A stretch of DNA of 64,000 bases from Lingula anatina (taxonomy: Eukaryota > Animalia > Brachiopoda). Below are positions 28,210 through 41,545 of this stretch, one piece after another; positions within the stretch are counted from its first letter, which is position 1, and each line of letters opens with the position of its first letter. The stretch lies in NCBI GenBank assembly GCA_051362555.1, contig CM120643.1, positions 21,208,848-21,272,847 on the forward strand. The letters run 5' to 3'. Below the pieces are notes generated by a model. That model did not search any database and was not told the DNA's origin. It saw only the letters and a list, made by a program, of their open reading frames with translations. Position numbers and translations under genes: made by a program.

Positions 28210-28969
28210 ATGCGCGAAACGCGAAACATTACGGTTCTGTCGTACCCACAGGCCGAGGCAGATCTTCCTGACCGGATGGCAGTGTACCCAGAGCCAAGTG
28301 AAGCGTTCAGTGAACCAGAGGCAGCATACCCGGAGTCCGGGATAGGGTATGCCGAGCCAGAGGGGTGGCCGGAACCAGCCCCAGATTGGCCTAGTGCCCT
28401 CCAGGAGTTTGACCAGCTTTGGTACATCCACGTATTTCTCTTCGGTGCCTGTTTTACTTTGATTGCAGTCAATGAAGTCATCTCATTGGCCTCGAGGTGC
28501 AGATTTATAGTTTCTCCAGAGCGGCGCAGATTAAACATTATGAGTTTAACTCTCAATGCCTTACTTGTGGTCTTCGGGTTATCCCGCTCAGTGGCGCTGT
28601 ACACCGATCCTTATGGAGCTTATGCCGTAATGCCTTTCGCTGCAGTGCGTCTCTTGTGGAGCGTGGGTTATCCATGCCTGACCGCTGCGTATACCTTGGT
28701 CCTTATGGTGCTCTTAGAGACGACAAAAAAGACGGCCACGGCGTCCCCGGCGTTCCGAAAACCAAGCGTCATCCTCTCCTTCATCGGCGCCCACTTCGTA
28801 CTTGTGATCTGCTCGGACGTGATAGTTTACTACACGGTATCGGCCAGAGTGCTTCTCTTGATTTGTCAAATAATATACTGCACCTGGGGCCTCCTTCTAG
28901 CTGTAGGGTATGCACACGCAGCTATGAAAATACGGAAGAATCTTTCAGCTAGCATGGATCCTTCTTCGG
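28210..28969 (+). CDS. PRRT3/PRRT4-like (proline-rich transmembrane) protein, exon 1; start uncertain (ATG at 28210 or 28276)
   Basis: EP-rich segment, then PEPAPDW..WYIHVFLFG, RSVALYTDPYG and several hydrophobic helices, resembling the PRRT3/4 membrane domain. Phase-1 donor at 28969/28970. Confidence 0.8.
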
Positions 28970-29292
28970 GTATATATTTTTACATGTCTAATAATGTTTA
29001 AAAATATGTTCGATATTTACACAGTAACTGTATTTTTTAGTAAGTTATTTTTGGCTTGCGCTGTTCTTTTTTAGCGGCTGTGTCAGTGCACCTCTCACAA
29101 TATTATTTCTTTTGTTACTTATCGCTTTTTTGATCCAGTTAAGTTTACCACGAAAATGTCTACTCAATAAATGCTAAAAATTGTATTCTTGTTTTCGCAG
29201 ACATTAAAAAACAAAAATATAAGTTTTTTCATTAAATTAAATTAAAATTTCTTACTGCACAAGATTACTGTGTATGATTTTTTTAAATTTTA

Positions 29293-29337
<45 letters not shown>

Positions 29338-29589
29338 TTTTTTTTTTTTGCTTTCCTATTTTTAACAGGTATTTATTTTTACAAACATTAAAGTATGTTC
29401 TGCTTTCTAAGTTACATGCTAGGTTTTGATACAGTTTCAACTGCGCGCCTCGTGGAATACATCCTTTCAAAAAACTATCGATGTTCTCGAAAAGAGCACA
29501 GCCTCTGTTTTTTCTTCCTACTTTATTTTATTTTATTTTATTTTATTTTCACCGTCGAAGTAGCATGACATTGATTTCTTGCTTTTCAG

Positions 29590-29960
29590 GCGCCTCCAAT
29601 AAAACCAGCGTTACATGGCTGACCCAGCTGTTGGTCACTGCGTCCCTGACTGCTCTTGCGCTCTTCACGGTGCATTTATACGGGGCCTTTGGAGTGTTCG
29701 GCGTCTATAGCGAAGTCTCTCACGTCCAGAACTGGCCATGGTGGGTGTTTCAGACGTTAATGCGTGGCATAGAGGTCACCATCTGCTTAATCGTCATTCT
29801 CATAGCCTCAAAAACACCGTCCTCAACGGGTTTTGCTGTCGTCTTTCGCACGGTGATCCAGGTCAGAAAAAAATGCCGCTTAAAGAACGCAGTGATTCCC
29901 ATGGAAGATACAACGCATCCGACCAATATTGCTATGAATACACAGGTCTCTGAAACCTAG
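29590..29960 (+). CDS. PRRT3/PRRT4-like protein, exon 2
   Basis: Acceptor TTTTCAG at 29588-29589, in phase with exon 1. Encodes two more transmembrane helices with a WPWWVFQTLMRGIE motif and ends at TAG. Confidence 0.8.
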
Positions 29961-31339
29961 ATTTCTGTACAATTTTAGACGAAGAAAACCAGGGTGGCTA
30001 GCTTTAAATTTCTCGCAGAGATTTTTCCTATTTATTTCATGCTATTGATTGTAGAGAAATGCCCAAGAACAACGGCACTTCATTATCAAACAGATTTGGA
30101 TTTGTCAAGCTCTTAAACGGCAATGAAAATAACACAAACGGACATACATGGGAAATTATATGCGAAATTAATGTAAGTTGTGATATGTGAAATCACTTAT
30201 AAATGACAGACTGGTCTAGCAATTACTGCCACTAAACAAATAAAATTAATTTTTATGACGAACATCAGAGCACGGGATTAATTGCCTGGGGCACGGTACT
30301 ATAAATGTATATAATATATCACCCGGAGGCAGTAAGTGGAAAACTGTGTATCTGAACCTGTACTGCCAGGACTGTAGATTAATTAAGTGCACTCCACAGT
30401 TGAGAAATGTGCCATGAATAAACCAGATACAGATCTGTTAAAAAATCAATCTGTGGCCCAGGCAGAGGTTATACCTATACCGGACTAAGCGCGTAATATC
30501 GCTAGAATGGATTTTAAGATAATCCACTCTCCCCGCGCGAATGCAGAGACTTCATGGATCTGGGTTTCCGGAAGACGTCAGATTTTCAAGTTTACATTGA
30601 CGGCATCTAATCTTTTCTGTCAGAAGACGGTCAAAAATGGAGGAGGATGGATCAACAAAGATACTTTGGAAGACCGTCAGAAAATATCTCTGGATTCGCC
30701 TCTTATTGGATAAATAGTAATGTTGTATTATATTAACCTCTTTCTTAAGACAGTGCAATATATTGTGGCTTTTTGTAGGTAAGTGAGCCATACCCAATCC
30801 GTTTAAATGTTGTATTTATCCATAGTTAACCTACAAATAAAACTACATGTAGAATCTGCAGTATATTTTTTAACTGTGAGATTTTTTAAATCTTCACTTT
30901 ACATACGATGCAAATGCCCTTAATGCTGCTCTTTGGGTCAAGACATTATGTTACATCTTTACAACTACCGGTAAAAACTCATTCGTTCCTGTCATTGACT
31001 CTCAGTAAATTGAAAAAAATATATATATTTAGTTCCGACTTTCTCCTTACATGACAGTGATAAACGTTCACAATTGTCAAAATTAAGATGGGTTTCAAAC
31101 ATGCAGTGGCAGCAACACGATTTCAGTGCACTGAAGAATCGGGAGCGGGGGGCACACGGATAATGAATTTGCCTCACAAATATGAAACGGTAAACCAGAG
31201 TAATTTTACTATAACATTTAAGGCACAGGGGTGGAAAAGTTTCTCGACTTTTTCTCAGTTCGCTCGTGTTTCTGTTTTGGGAGGGCGCAGGGGGTACCCT
31301 ATAAACAAAGAAAGGGTGCGTGACCGGTGCGCAGCCCCA

Positions 31340-31680
31340 CACTCTAAAAACACTTCAGTTAAAAATAACTGAAAAAAAGGTTGAAACCAACCTATTCAAC
31401 GTTCAATATGTGTCCAGCTAATAATCCGGTGGATGTATCTGATTAATGATCGGTAGGTACATTGACCGACTGAATAATAATAATAATAAACATTCAACAA
31501 ATTTGTTGAATTACTTTACAGTCTTTGGATATTCAAATGTCCTCAGATCAGTTATTCAATAGCCGATCCACACGGTCACAATCGACTGGTTGATCAATAA
31601 CCGAATACAGCGTTGTTTGTAACAGATTTCCAGTAAACCGATTTTATCGGTAGGGTCAATAACCGATTCGTTTTAGAGTG
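31340..31680. mobile_element. Non-autonomous DNA transposon with CACTCTAAAA termini
   Basis: CACTCTAAAA ... TTTTAGAGTG inverted ends and internal AACCGA/TCGGT repeats. It appears nested in an older GC-rich repeat; the target-site duplication is not clear. Confidence 0.6.
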
Positions 31681-33540
31681 AATGGACCCGCCCTAATAGC
31701 AGTGTTGTAATGCATTTTTAAGGAAAAACGTTTTTATAAATTTTATTAGCGATGCACTTTTTAAACTAGTAATACAACTACACGTAATGAAATTTAAGTG
31801 CGGGTAAGAATTTGACAGGCTGCTGTCCGACAAAACATGCATGGTATACTATGCGACCAGTAAGCCTACTATAGGTCACTTCAATTCTCATTCATTCTAC
31901 CGGAAGTACAGGCAAAAAATAATTGTTATAATTGTTGAATAATGCCGGTAATAATTGTTTATGCAGCACATTAAGGAAGCAACGAGCTACCTTTTTATTT
32001 GAATGCCTCAATCAAGTTAATGAAATATACCGTATACCACATCTAAATAGACGATGCAGTCACGTCAAGCGCGTTTGAATAGTCATCGTTTCGAGAATAA
32101 ATTCAACAATTAGTTGGAATGTTAGAGCCAAGAAAAGAGAAAATAAACACTGTTTATTTTTATTAAAGCATGTCCTACGGTTTGTTATCCTCGTTTCACT
32201 ACTCCGGTGATGCATATTTTATTCTTACTGTTAACTTGCGACTGGCAACTAATCCACGTTCTTATACTGTCATTATTAAAAAAAGACATTTTGCGTCTTA
32301 ATTGCGCAGCAAAATTAAAAAAAAAAACTCAGGTTATTATGAGTAAGTGATGTGAAAAACACTGCATTTGATAGTTAAAACAGCCTTGATAACACGCAGT
32401 TATCTTATCTGAACAGCAGGATAAACAACTACCCCGTCCACAAACTCTATTTTTTATCTAAACGCCATTTTTATTGCTGAAGATAACCTGCGCCAAGACT
32501 AATACTTACCGTTTCATCAACGATGCTAGACCCCATGAATTGACGATGCTTTTCGTACATTTGAACACGTGTGATCATTTGAGAACGAAAGAGACAGAGA
32601 GAGAAGTTTTAATTGTTTTTCTGCTCAGTTAGCATGCAATGATCGATTAGTTCTCTTCCACTCTAATAAGTATCATTTTGCGAATTTGATCCCGATTTTA
32701 TTAAATGTGGTTTTCACAATAACACGCAAGAGCTTGTACTAGCAGGCATGGGTTGCTCTTACAGCTCCTGCCTATCGTAAATATCACCCTGCATTCCACA
32801 CCCATCAAAGCAGAATCATGTCAGTGAATAATTTAAAGTCACATTGCCTTGTCATTACCGGAGGTACCCAAGATAACGTCAGGGTTGAGAGAGAGCATAT
32901 GCGGAAAGATATGAAGTTAAGTACGTTAATTGTAGTATTTCATTGATAAAGTTAACATGGGGCATTTTATTGAAAGGAGCATTACATTATCAAAGAAAGA
33001 AAGAAATAAAAGAAAAGAAAAGAAAAGAAAAATACGAGTATAAATTGAATTGAAGCCCAAAGATACGTAAGAATACAAAACAAATGTATTTTAAAAACGA
33101 CTTTTTAAAAATGACTTTACCTGATTCTGTAATTTCCAGGCCAAACTGCTAATCATCGCTTTTCCCTGGATGAATAAAAAGAAACAGAATAAGCAAATGT
33201 TTTCATTAATCATTTTCTCATAGAAGCACATATGACTTTCAAAAATGTTATTTCAATTTATAATTAAAATTCAAGTTTTCACACCAAACGTTTCAAAGTT
33301 TGAGAAGTTTGATTGTTCTATTCAAGTGTCAGATATCCCACCACATTGAACCTCTCCAACGCCTGATTACGCTTGAACGTTGTTTGGACAATGGGCAATT
33401 AAGAGCACATCTAAAAACAACAAGATTTATTGCAATTATTCACCGATGGCAGCTTAGAAATCAATCTAGGATAGTTTCAATTGGCAGGTCGGATTTCATC
33501 GCGCCCTGAGACGTGTAGCGTTCCCTCACTAGGTCTGGGG

Positions 33541-33547
33541 TATAAAG
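33541..33547 (+). promoter_or_regulatory. TATA box of the acidic secreted protein gene
   Basis: TATAAAG located 127 nt upstream of the ATG at 33668. Confidence 0.7.
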
Positions 33548-33667
33548 GCCCGCTCTCTCTGCTACTGCTTCACAAATATCCTCTGCTGTTTGCTCAAGCC
33601 AAGGATCTCTCTCTGAGGGTTGTGTTTGTTCATTCCAATTGCTTCAAGCATTCCATTTTGTTCCAAG

Positions 33668-33725
33668 ATGAAGTTCTGGTTGATTCTGTGTTTCGTGCTG
33701 GTTGCGAGTTTCCCTTATGGTAAAG
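33668..33725 (+). CDS. Acidic Glu/Ala/Pro-rich secreted protein, exon 1 (signal peptide)
   Basis: MKFWLILCFVLVASFPYGK followed by the strong donor G|GTAAG, phase 1. Confidence 0.85.
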
Positions 33726-35372
33726 GTAAGCGTTTCATAAGATTTTCGTTTGCTTCCTCGTTTTTATATTTATTAATAGTGGAGAATTCGGTTTTAAAAA
33801 ATGAAAAACAGTACAACGTTACAGTTCAAATATTTCGCATGAGTGGAAAAACAATATATTCATTGATTCAATTACAACAGCAGTATTTTTTAAATATATA
33901 AGAACACCCAGCCCTTCGGTTTGATAAGACACAATATGCACTGTACAATTGTCCTTGTCGTATTAGACTAGTAAACTGAGCGAAAATATGGCCTTACCTA
34001 GGACTTATTGCAAAAAATTGTAATGATGTTCTTTAGAAAGCTAAATATCCAAATTTTAACTTATTCAAAATCTAGAAAAAATCTAAGTAGGGGAAAATGG
34101 ATTTTAAGGCAGTTTTTCCAAGATGGCCGCCAATATGGGAAGTCACTATGGGAAAAGGGTGTCTTTATATTTCGAGAGTATTTTCGCTGGAATAAATGGG
34201 GATAAGACCTTGAAATACAGTATATCCAGACTTACAGACTAAAAGCTATTTATTCACCAAAGGTCATTGGCTTGGGGTCAAAGTTCAGACAAAGGTTATT
34301 TGTACAGATTTTTATTTGAAATGTTGGCCGCCAGCAAGTGTATTCATAAGGTTTTATAAGGCTTAATTTTTTTAACAGTTTTTTTTTCAGTAGGGACCTA
34401 TTGCAAAAAATGTTATAGGGTATTATATGGTTAAGACAGTGTTTATAAATTTTACCAAAATAATTTCAGAAGGTAGTATATTAAAAAGCGTCTCTTTCAA
34501 AACAGGCATACTGTTTTGACATATTAAAGTTTTCAGATATAGAACATTGAATAGGGCTACCCTCAGATAAAGGTTATTGCATTTTAAGGCTTGTTTCCAA
34601 TAAAATGTGTCGACCTAACTTAGAACCTTTTGGCTCAGAGACCGCGTGGTTTCGATTTCTTACCACTCATTGTTCGAAAGTGGAACAAGCAGCCTTATAC
34701 AAATCCGAAAGGGCTAGGTGTTTTATATATTTAAAAAATACTGCTGTTGTAATTGCATTAATGAATATATTGTTTACTAAATGTGACATATTCATGATAA
34801 TTCTAAATTCACACAAAAAACATTAAGGTTTAAAATCTTCTTTGTTTCACACATGTATGGTGATACAAAAAGAAATTGTTTTAAGTAAAGCAATTTTCAA
34901 CAATTTACAAGCAGCAGACAACTTAAATGGTGAGATAGTTTAACCACTCATGTCTGGTTGTTTATTTCACAGAAAATGAAACAGTCACATCAAAAATAGC
35001 CCAGACTTCACATTGTTTAAGACCAATTCGTTAACATTTATGAAGCTGTGATCAACTTTAGATACAAATTAAGTGTATGTTTGTCCACATTAAAAAAAAC
35101 GTTGTCTTTCCAATTACAAATGAGCCATAAGTAGAATTTATGTACCTTGTTTAGCAATTGCTTTATCAAATTTGTTCAGGTACATAACTTGTATGATAAT
35201 TGAAATGTGCGTTTAAAAGTGAAGCGAGTCTCATTTGTTCGGAATGAAAAACAGACCATATGTATTTTGATTCAGTAATATGTATTGGCTTTGTCCTGAA
35301 CGCAGTTTTTGATATCAAGTTCAGATATTTTCTGTTTCATTATCATTCATTATTTTTTCATCATTTTTTCAG

Positions 35373-37228
35373 CTGCACCAGTGCCCGATGTCACCGAGGG
35401 TTCAGAAGACGATGCAAAATCAGCAGAAGTTTCACACGAGGAAGCCGTAAAAGAGGAGGCTGCCCCTGTAGAACAAGCTGCGGAAGAGGCCCCAGAAGAA
35501 GACGAAGTCCCTGCTGAAGAAGCTGGAAAAGAGGAAGCCCCAGCAGAGGAAGAGGCTCCGGCGGAAGAAGCCGTAGAGGAAGAGCACGCCGAGGAAGAAG
35601 CTCCTGCTGAAGAGGCACCTGCAGAGGAAGAGGCTCCGGCAGAAGAAGGTGCAGAAGAGGAGCACGCCGAGGAAGAAGCCCCAGCTGAAGAGGCCCCAGC
35701 AGAGGAAGAGGCTCCGGCAGAGGAAGAGCACGCCGAGGAAGAAGCCCCTGCTGAAGAGGCACCGGCAGAGGAAGAGGCTCCGGCAGAAGAAGCTGCAGAA
35801 GAAGAACACGCCGAGGAAGAAGCCCCGGCTGAAGAGGCCCCAGCAGAGGAGGAGGCTCCGGCAGAAGAAGCCGTAGAGGAAGAGCACGCCGAGGAAGAAG
35901 CTCCTGCTGAAGAGGCACCTGCAGAGGAAGAGGCTCCGGCAGAAGAAGCTGCAGAAGAGGAGCACGCCGAGGAAGAAGCCCCAGCTGAAGAGGCCCCAGC
36001 AGAGGAAGAGGCTCCGGTAGAAGAAGCAGTAGAGGAAGAACACGCCGAAGAGGAGGAGGCGGAGGAGGCCCCAGCTGAAGAGGCTCCAGCAGAGGAAGAA
36101 CACGCCGAGGAAGAGGCCCCAGCTGAAGAGGCCCCAGCAGAGGAAGAGGCGCCTGAAGAAGCAGCAGTAGAGGAAGAACACGCCGAGGAGGAAGCTGAGG
36201 AAGCACCTGTTGAAGAAGCAGCAGCAGAGGAAGCACCCGCAGAAGAAGCAGATCCAGCTGAGGCGGCACATGAAGAACCACCTCCTTTGAGACGAAGAAA
36301 AAGATCTGACGATGCAGATGAGGTAAAGGAAGAATCTTCTGAGGACGAAGCTGCAGAAGGAGAGTCTGCTCCTGAAAAGGAAGAAGCTACCAAAGAGGGA
36401 GAGGCAGTGGAGGAAGCTGTCGAGGAAGAATCTGCCCCAGCCGAAGAACATGCAGCAGAAGAGGAAGCGGTCGAAGAGGCTACAGAGGAGGAAGCTGCTC
36501 CTGCCGAGGAAGAGGCTGCAGAAGAGGAAGCTGCCCCCGCCGAGGAAGAGGCTGCAGAAGAGGAAGCTGCTCCCGCCGAGGAAGAGGCTGCAGAAGAGGA
36601 AGCTGCCCCCGCCGAGGAAGAGGCCGCAGAAGAGGAAGCTGCTCCCGCCAAGGAAGAGGCCGCAGAAGAAGAAGCTACCGAAGAAGAAGCACATGCGGAA
36701 GAAGAAGCTGCAGAAGAGGAAGCTGCTCCTGCCGAGGAAGAGGCTGCAGAAGAGGAAGCTGCTCCTGCCGAAGAAGAGGCCGCAGAAGAAGAAGCTCCCG
36801 CTGAAGAAGAAGCTGCCGAAGAAGAAGCACATGCGGAAGAAGAAGCTGCCCCAGAGGAAGAGGCCGCAGAAGAGGAAGCTGGCCCCGCAGAGGAGGAAGC
36901 TGCAGAAGAAGAAGCTCCTGCAGAGGAAGCTGCTGAAGAAGAAGCTCCCGCAGAGGAAGAAGCTACTGAAGAAGAAGCTCCGGCAGAGGAGGAAGCTGCT
37001 GAAGAAGAAGAAGCTCCGGCAGAGGAGGAAGCTGCTGAAGAAGAAGCTCCCGCAGAGGAGGAAGCTGCCCACGCGGAAGAGACTGCAGAAGAGGAAGCCG
37101 CCCCCGCAGAGGAGGAAGCTGTGGAGGAAGAAGCTCCAGCTGAAGAAGAGGCTGCCCCTGTTGAGGAGGAGGCCGAACACGCTGAGGAGGAAGCTGCTCC
37201 TGCCGAGGATGAAGCTGAAGCACATTAA
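35373..37228 (+). CDS. Acidic Glu/Ala/Pro-rich secreted protein, exon 2 (spliced product 637 aa)
   Basis: Acceptor TTTTTTCAG, in frame with exon 1 (..GKA-APVPD..). Long open frame of EEEAPA-type repeats with synonymous variation, a central RRRKR site, and AATAAA at 37317-37322. Confidence 0.9.
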
Positions 37229-40200
37229 CAAAGACATTGTCGATACTTCACTTGTTTAATGACGCTCATTAACAGTTACCAAGGACATGTGTTCCAACCC
37301 AATCCCCCCAATGCTCAATAAAGACACTGCATCAGAAATCTTTTTGTCTGTTTTAGCAGATATCAGACTATAAAGATATCCTTTCCTCAAGAAAAAGAAA
37401 GTAAATCATATATCAAAATAGCGCGTTTTGTGTTTTACAAGAATTATTTCACCTTAGAATGTCCAGGATTTTTTGCACTATAAAAGTTAGCAAAAATTGA
37501 AAAAAAATTAAATGTCACTGGAATATAATTGATATCCATTCAAAATTTTAATATATATAACCAATAATTCGCCTACTATATATTTAATACTAAATATATT
37601 ACTAAAATTACTTAAAAATCATTAAGTTCTTAAGTAAGTTAAACTGCTGCTCTTCAAATTTTTTGGAAGATAATTTACTGTCGATTATTTTGCTTTGGAG
37701 CAGCCACAAATATTGCCTGTCCTCTGAGGCCTTTTAAGTTATCTTACTCATGATAAAAAGAGATAAAAATTAGTGAGTTTTTTAACTTATTCAGATGTAT
37801 GCTGCAGCTATATATTTTTCGTGCTTAAAAAAACTTATCTGATTTTTTAAAGAAAAAAAAACCAACATCAGATCTTACAGCACTGACGAGATATTACATG
37901 GACACATTAAAAGTCCATTTGGACGCTTGGGATAAAAAACCAAAAACAAGAAAAAGTATCTTTTATATATACTAGTAAGTCTAATAGTATTTACATAAAC
38001 ATTGATTAGCAGTTACAGTTCGCACTCAACAGACAAAATGTTTTCATTTCCAACTGGAGGCAAATGGTTTCATTGTAAACTGCTCCCTTCTAACCTTCAT
38101 GACTACAAAAGCTTCAAATTATAGTCTGATAGATTAAAGGGTACTTTTTTCATAATCATAAACCGCCAGTGCTGACTGTCCAAATCTGGTAGATGAAAAG
38201 GTATTATTGCTACATTTCGGTCAAACAGCACAGCGTCTACAAGTACTCGGTTTCAACAAAAATCCTACAGGCTGCCTCTTAATTTGCGAAAGTAGGTCCA
38301 CTCGGAACACCTACCACAAACTTTGTCCGATCAGGAACGAATAGACAGAAATATAGATGACCTAATATATTTTCTTAACAGCATCAAGCACTTGTTGTTG
38401 AAATGGAATGAACCGTGCAGAAAAACGCACAAAACTCCGTTATCGAGCACAGCCAACCAACAGTTATTTGACAACTATTCTAAGAGGAAACGAACACGCT
38501 TAACAGAAATTTTATAAGAGAAAAATAAGGGCATTTTAAGTGTGCACAAAATTTTGTTACCCTCTGTTTTGTGTATAAAGGATTATGTACGAGGTCATCT
38601 AACATGCGTCTGCTACATGTACATGTACATGCATAGTACGAAAAAAGCCTGCCGATGATGGTGCCCCCGCCGATATCCTGTCTGTATGCCTGCCTGCTGT
38701 TTAATCCAGGTAAAATATTGGGTGGATTAGCGTAAATATAATTAAGGGGAGTTTTAATGTAAATAATCTTCTTCCGATAAAAATGAATAAAACCAGGCAA
38801 GACACTCTTGCTCAGAGTGTTTGTATAACGTGCACTCTTCTTGCTTACCATGGTCATCAAGAAAGAATAACCCGAGGAGAAAAGTGCAGTTCAGAGCATT
38901 TTCCAGTTTTGAATTTCCAAAGACACACAGCGAGCTATTGTCTAAAAAGCCTCAAGTGTTTTTTTCTATACATAAGTCTGATAACACTTTTTTCGAAGAA
39001 TCTTCGGAAGGAAAGGGATGATGGATCGGTTTCACCCCAGCCCAGTTCGGCTTTGCTATAAGCAAATACGTACATTACCCATGCAGGATAATTACCCAGC
39101 TGAAAATCTACAAAACATGTGGTAAAAAGTTTAAGGGATAACAACTCTTCGTAGGACATCCGTAATTCATTCAAAATAAATACATTGTAAACAACTAATT
39201 TTCTACATGTATTTTGCCACTGAAAGGGAGGTTATCCCTATTATTATGGAATCTGTGCTTGCCCTCGGACCACGTGACCTCCATAGATGGCCAGCCTCTG
39301 TAATAATCTCTCAGGAGATTATTACAATTTTTTTTTATTTTTGAAAATAAAAAAGCAGGGACTTACTTTAAATGGCGGGATGGATTCATGAACCATTGGT
39401 TAGTATGGGGAAATTGGCGTTTACTCCGGGAAAATCACCCATTTTTTAGCCAAAATATACAGTTGTTATCCCTTTAAGTTTGGTTTTTACATACCGCAGT
39501 TCACTGTAGACCATAACATGCCCGGTATGCTTACTGACCCTGATTCAGACTTGCTGAGGTGAAGGGTCAATAATGGTAACAAACACATTTAAAACGAATG
39601 GATTTCGTCGTATGCCTTAATTCATAACCGGCTTCGGCCAAGCATGTCCTCAAGCTGTCAGTTTTACGTCGTTTTCCACTAAAAACAGAAAGATGTGACC
39701 TCCTAGTATGTTTAACACGCTCACGCTCAGAATTAACTTTTCATTTATTATTTTTATTATTATTTTTCTTTTAGGGGGGGGGGGGTGTAAGCGTCAGTTT
39801 GAATAAAGATAGAAGCGTTCGGTAAAAACTCAACCTATACTACTGGTAGAGTAGCTAACGTTTTGCAACTATAAGTGTAATATCTTATTCACTTTGACCC
39901 TATTAAGCAGCAGTAAGATAGCTATGAGGTTTATGGGCCAGGTGAAAATGTACAAAACATGGGATAGGGTCTCCGTAATGCAAAAAAGGGCAACTTAAAT
40001 TCAGATGGCTAAAGAGGACTCATCATTTCCCCGACAACCAGAAAACGTATGATGAACAAACCCGCTCAGTGATCATATGTACAAGGGGGGGCACTGAGTT
40101 AGCGTGTGACCTCGGCTGTATATGTTTGATTTTGATAAAAAGACTGACCGCTGTTGGCGATAAGGTACAAATGTACGAGTACCTCGTGCTACTGGTAGCG

Positions 40201-40496
40201 ACGTTCTACAGTCATTGCTGTCATATAGTCATTGCTGTCACATGTACATGTAGTATCAGTAATAACTGCTTTATGATTCAGCTCTTATAAGTAGAACAAA
40301 GGAGGTGTCTGTGAGGAAAAAGAATGTAAATGCGAAAAATGCACCAGGTCATTTAACCTTTCTGATCCGATTTCACCTTTGACACCGAGTGTTATCTTTG
40401 GTGAACTTTATCTGTTTATGCACTGCGAAACAACCTTATGAGAACAAACTTGCTAGGCGCGAGAATAGCAAAAAGTTCACTGACCTCTTGTAGCGA

Positions 40497-41492
40497 ATGA
40501 AAAACAGGGTCACGCTGAAAGGAATCATTACTTACACTGTTCCCAAAAAAGGTTGGTACACCTCTGACCGAGGACCAATGTTAATGGTGCAATAAGAAAT
40601 ACTATTCATGTAAATATTCATAATTGTATTCATATTTGTTGTATATTTAACTCGCACGTGTTAAATTATAGAATGCTTTTTTTCTCTGATAGAATACTTG
40701 GGCTTTATACATTCTGAAAATTTATTAAGTTACTCTTGTGAAATTATTTTAATGGATCTTAGACTTTAAATACATATATAATATTATATTATTATATTAC
40801 TGTATAATAGATCTTGCGACGAAGCCGCAGTTCTTGATAATACAGAGCTGCCTGCAAAAGTTTATTGGTCCATCGCCAACGGTCCTACTAGAGCCGTTCT
40901 CTAATTGGCAAAAACTCGTCACTTATGATCACGTGTTCGTGACGAAACCAAAGTCAGCTGAGGAGGTACAGCAAAGCAATTTTAGTTTAAAGTGATGTTT
41001 ACGAATTACGTTTTTCACAATCTTATATGACATCACACGTTGAAATTTACGCTTTTTCACAATCTTATAATGACATCACACGTTGAAATTTACGCTTAAT
41101 AATAAAATCGGTTTTAATTGCAGAATTGATGAACGTGTTTTTAAGAAGAAAGAAAAGCCTAAATCGATCATTATCTGCTTTGTTTTCGAGCAAAAAAATT
41201 AAACTTTTGGGCATTTTTACATCTTAAATAACATGGTTATTTAAGTGAACTACATTTTTATTTAAAGATACAGAGAACTGTCTTGGCTGCCGTAACTTGC
41301 GGGATACAAGTGAGCGCCGCGGGCAGCGCACATACCGCTGATCCACTTTGGGTTGGTCGAGGACATGTCCATATAAGAACATCCGAGTTGACCTTAGAAG
41401 GAGGAAAGCGAATGATTGTTCAGCCCGAGGTGCGTGCTGTCTTTTGCAGTTATGTATATTATATATTCCAATCTATATTCTAGAGAAAACTG

Positions 41493-41545
<53 letters not shown>

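Noticed and set aside
34275-34287. DR1 nuclear-receptor element GGGTCAaAGTTCA in the intron of the acidic protein gene
   Set aside because: It lies in what looks like a degenerate transposon fragment (CAAGATGGCCGCC motifs), and a single motif is not enough support.
35309-35372. Hydrophobic N-terminus of the 639-aa ORF taken as a signal peptide
   Set aside because: It is the polypyrimidine tract of the intron; the real signal peptide is on exon 33668-33725.
35350-37259. Long antisense and alternative-frame ORFs (433, 296, 601 and 269 aa)
   Set aside because: They are shadows of the GAA/GAG/GCN repeat, which lacks stops in other frames. Only the Glu-rich frame has a signal exon, TATA box and polyA signal.
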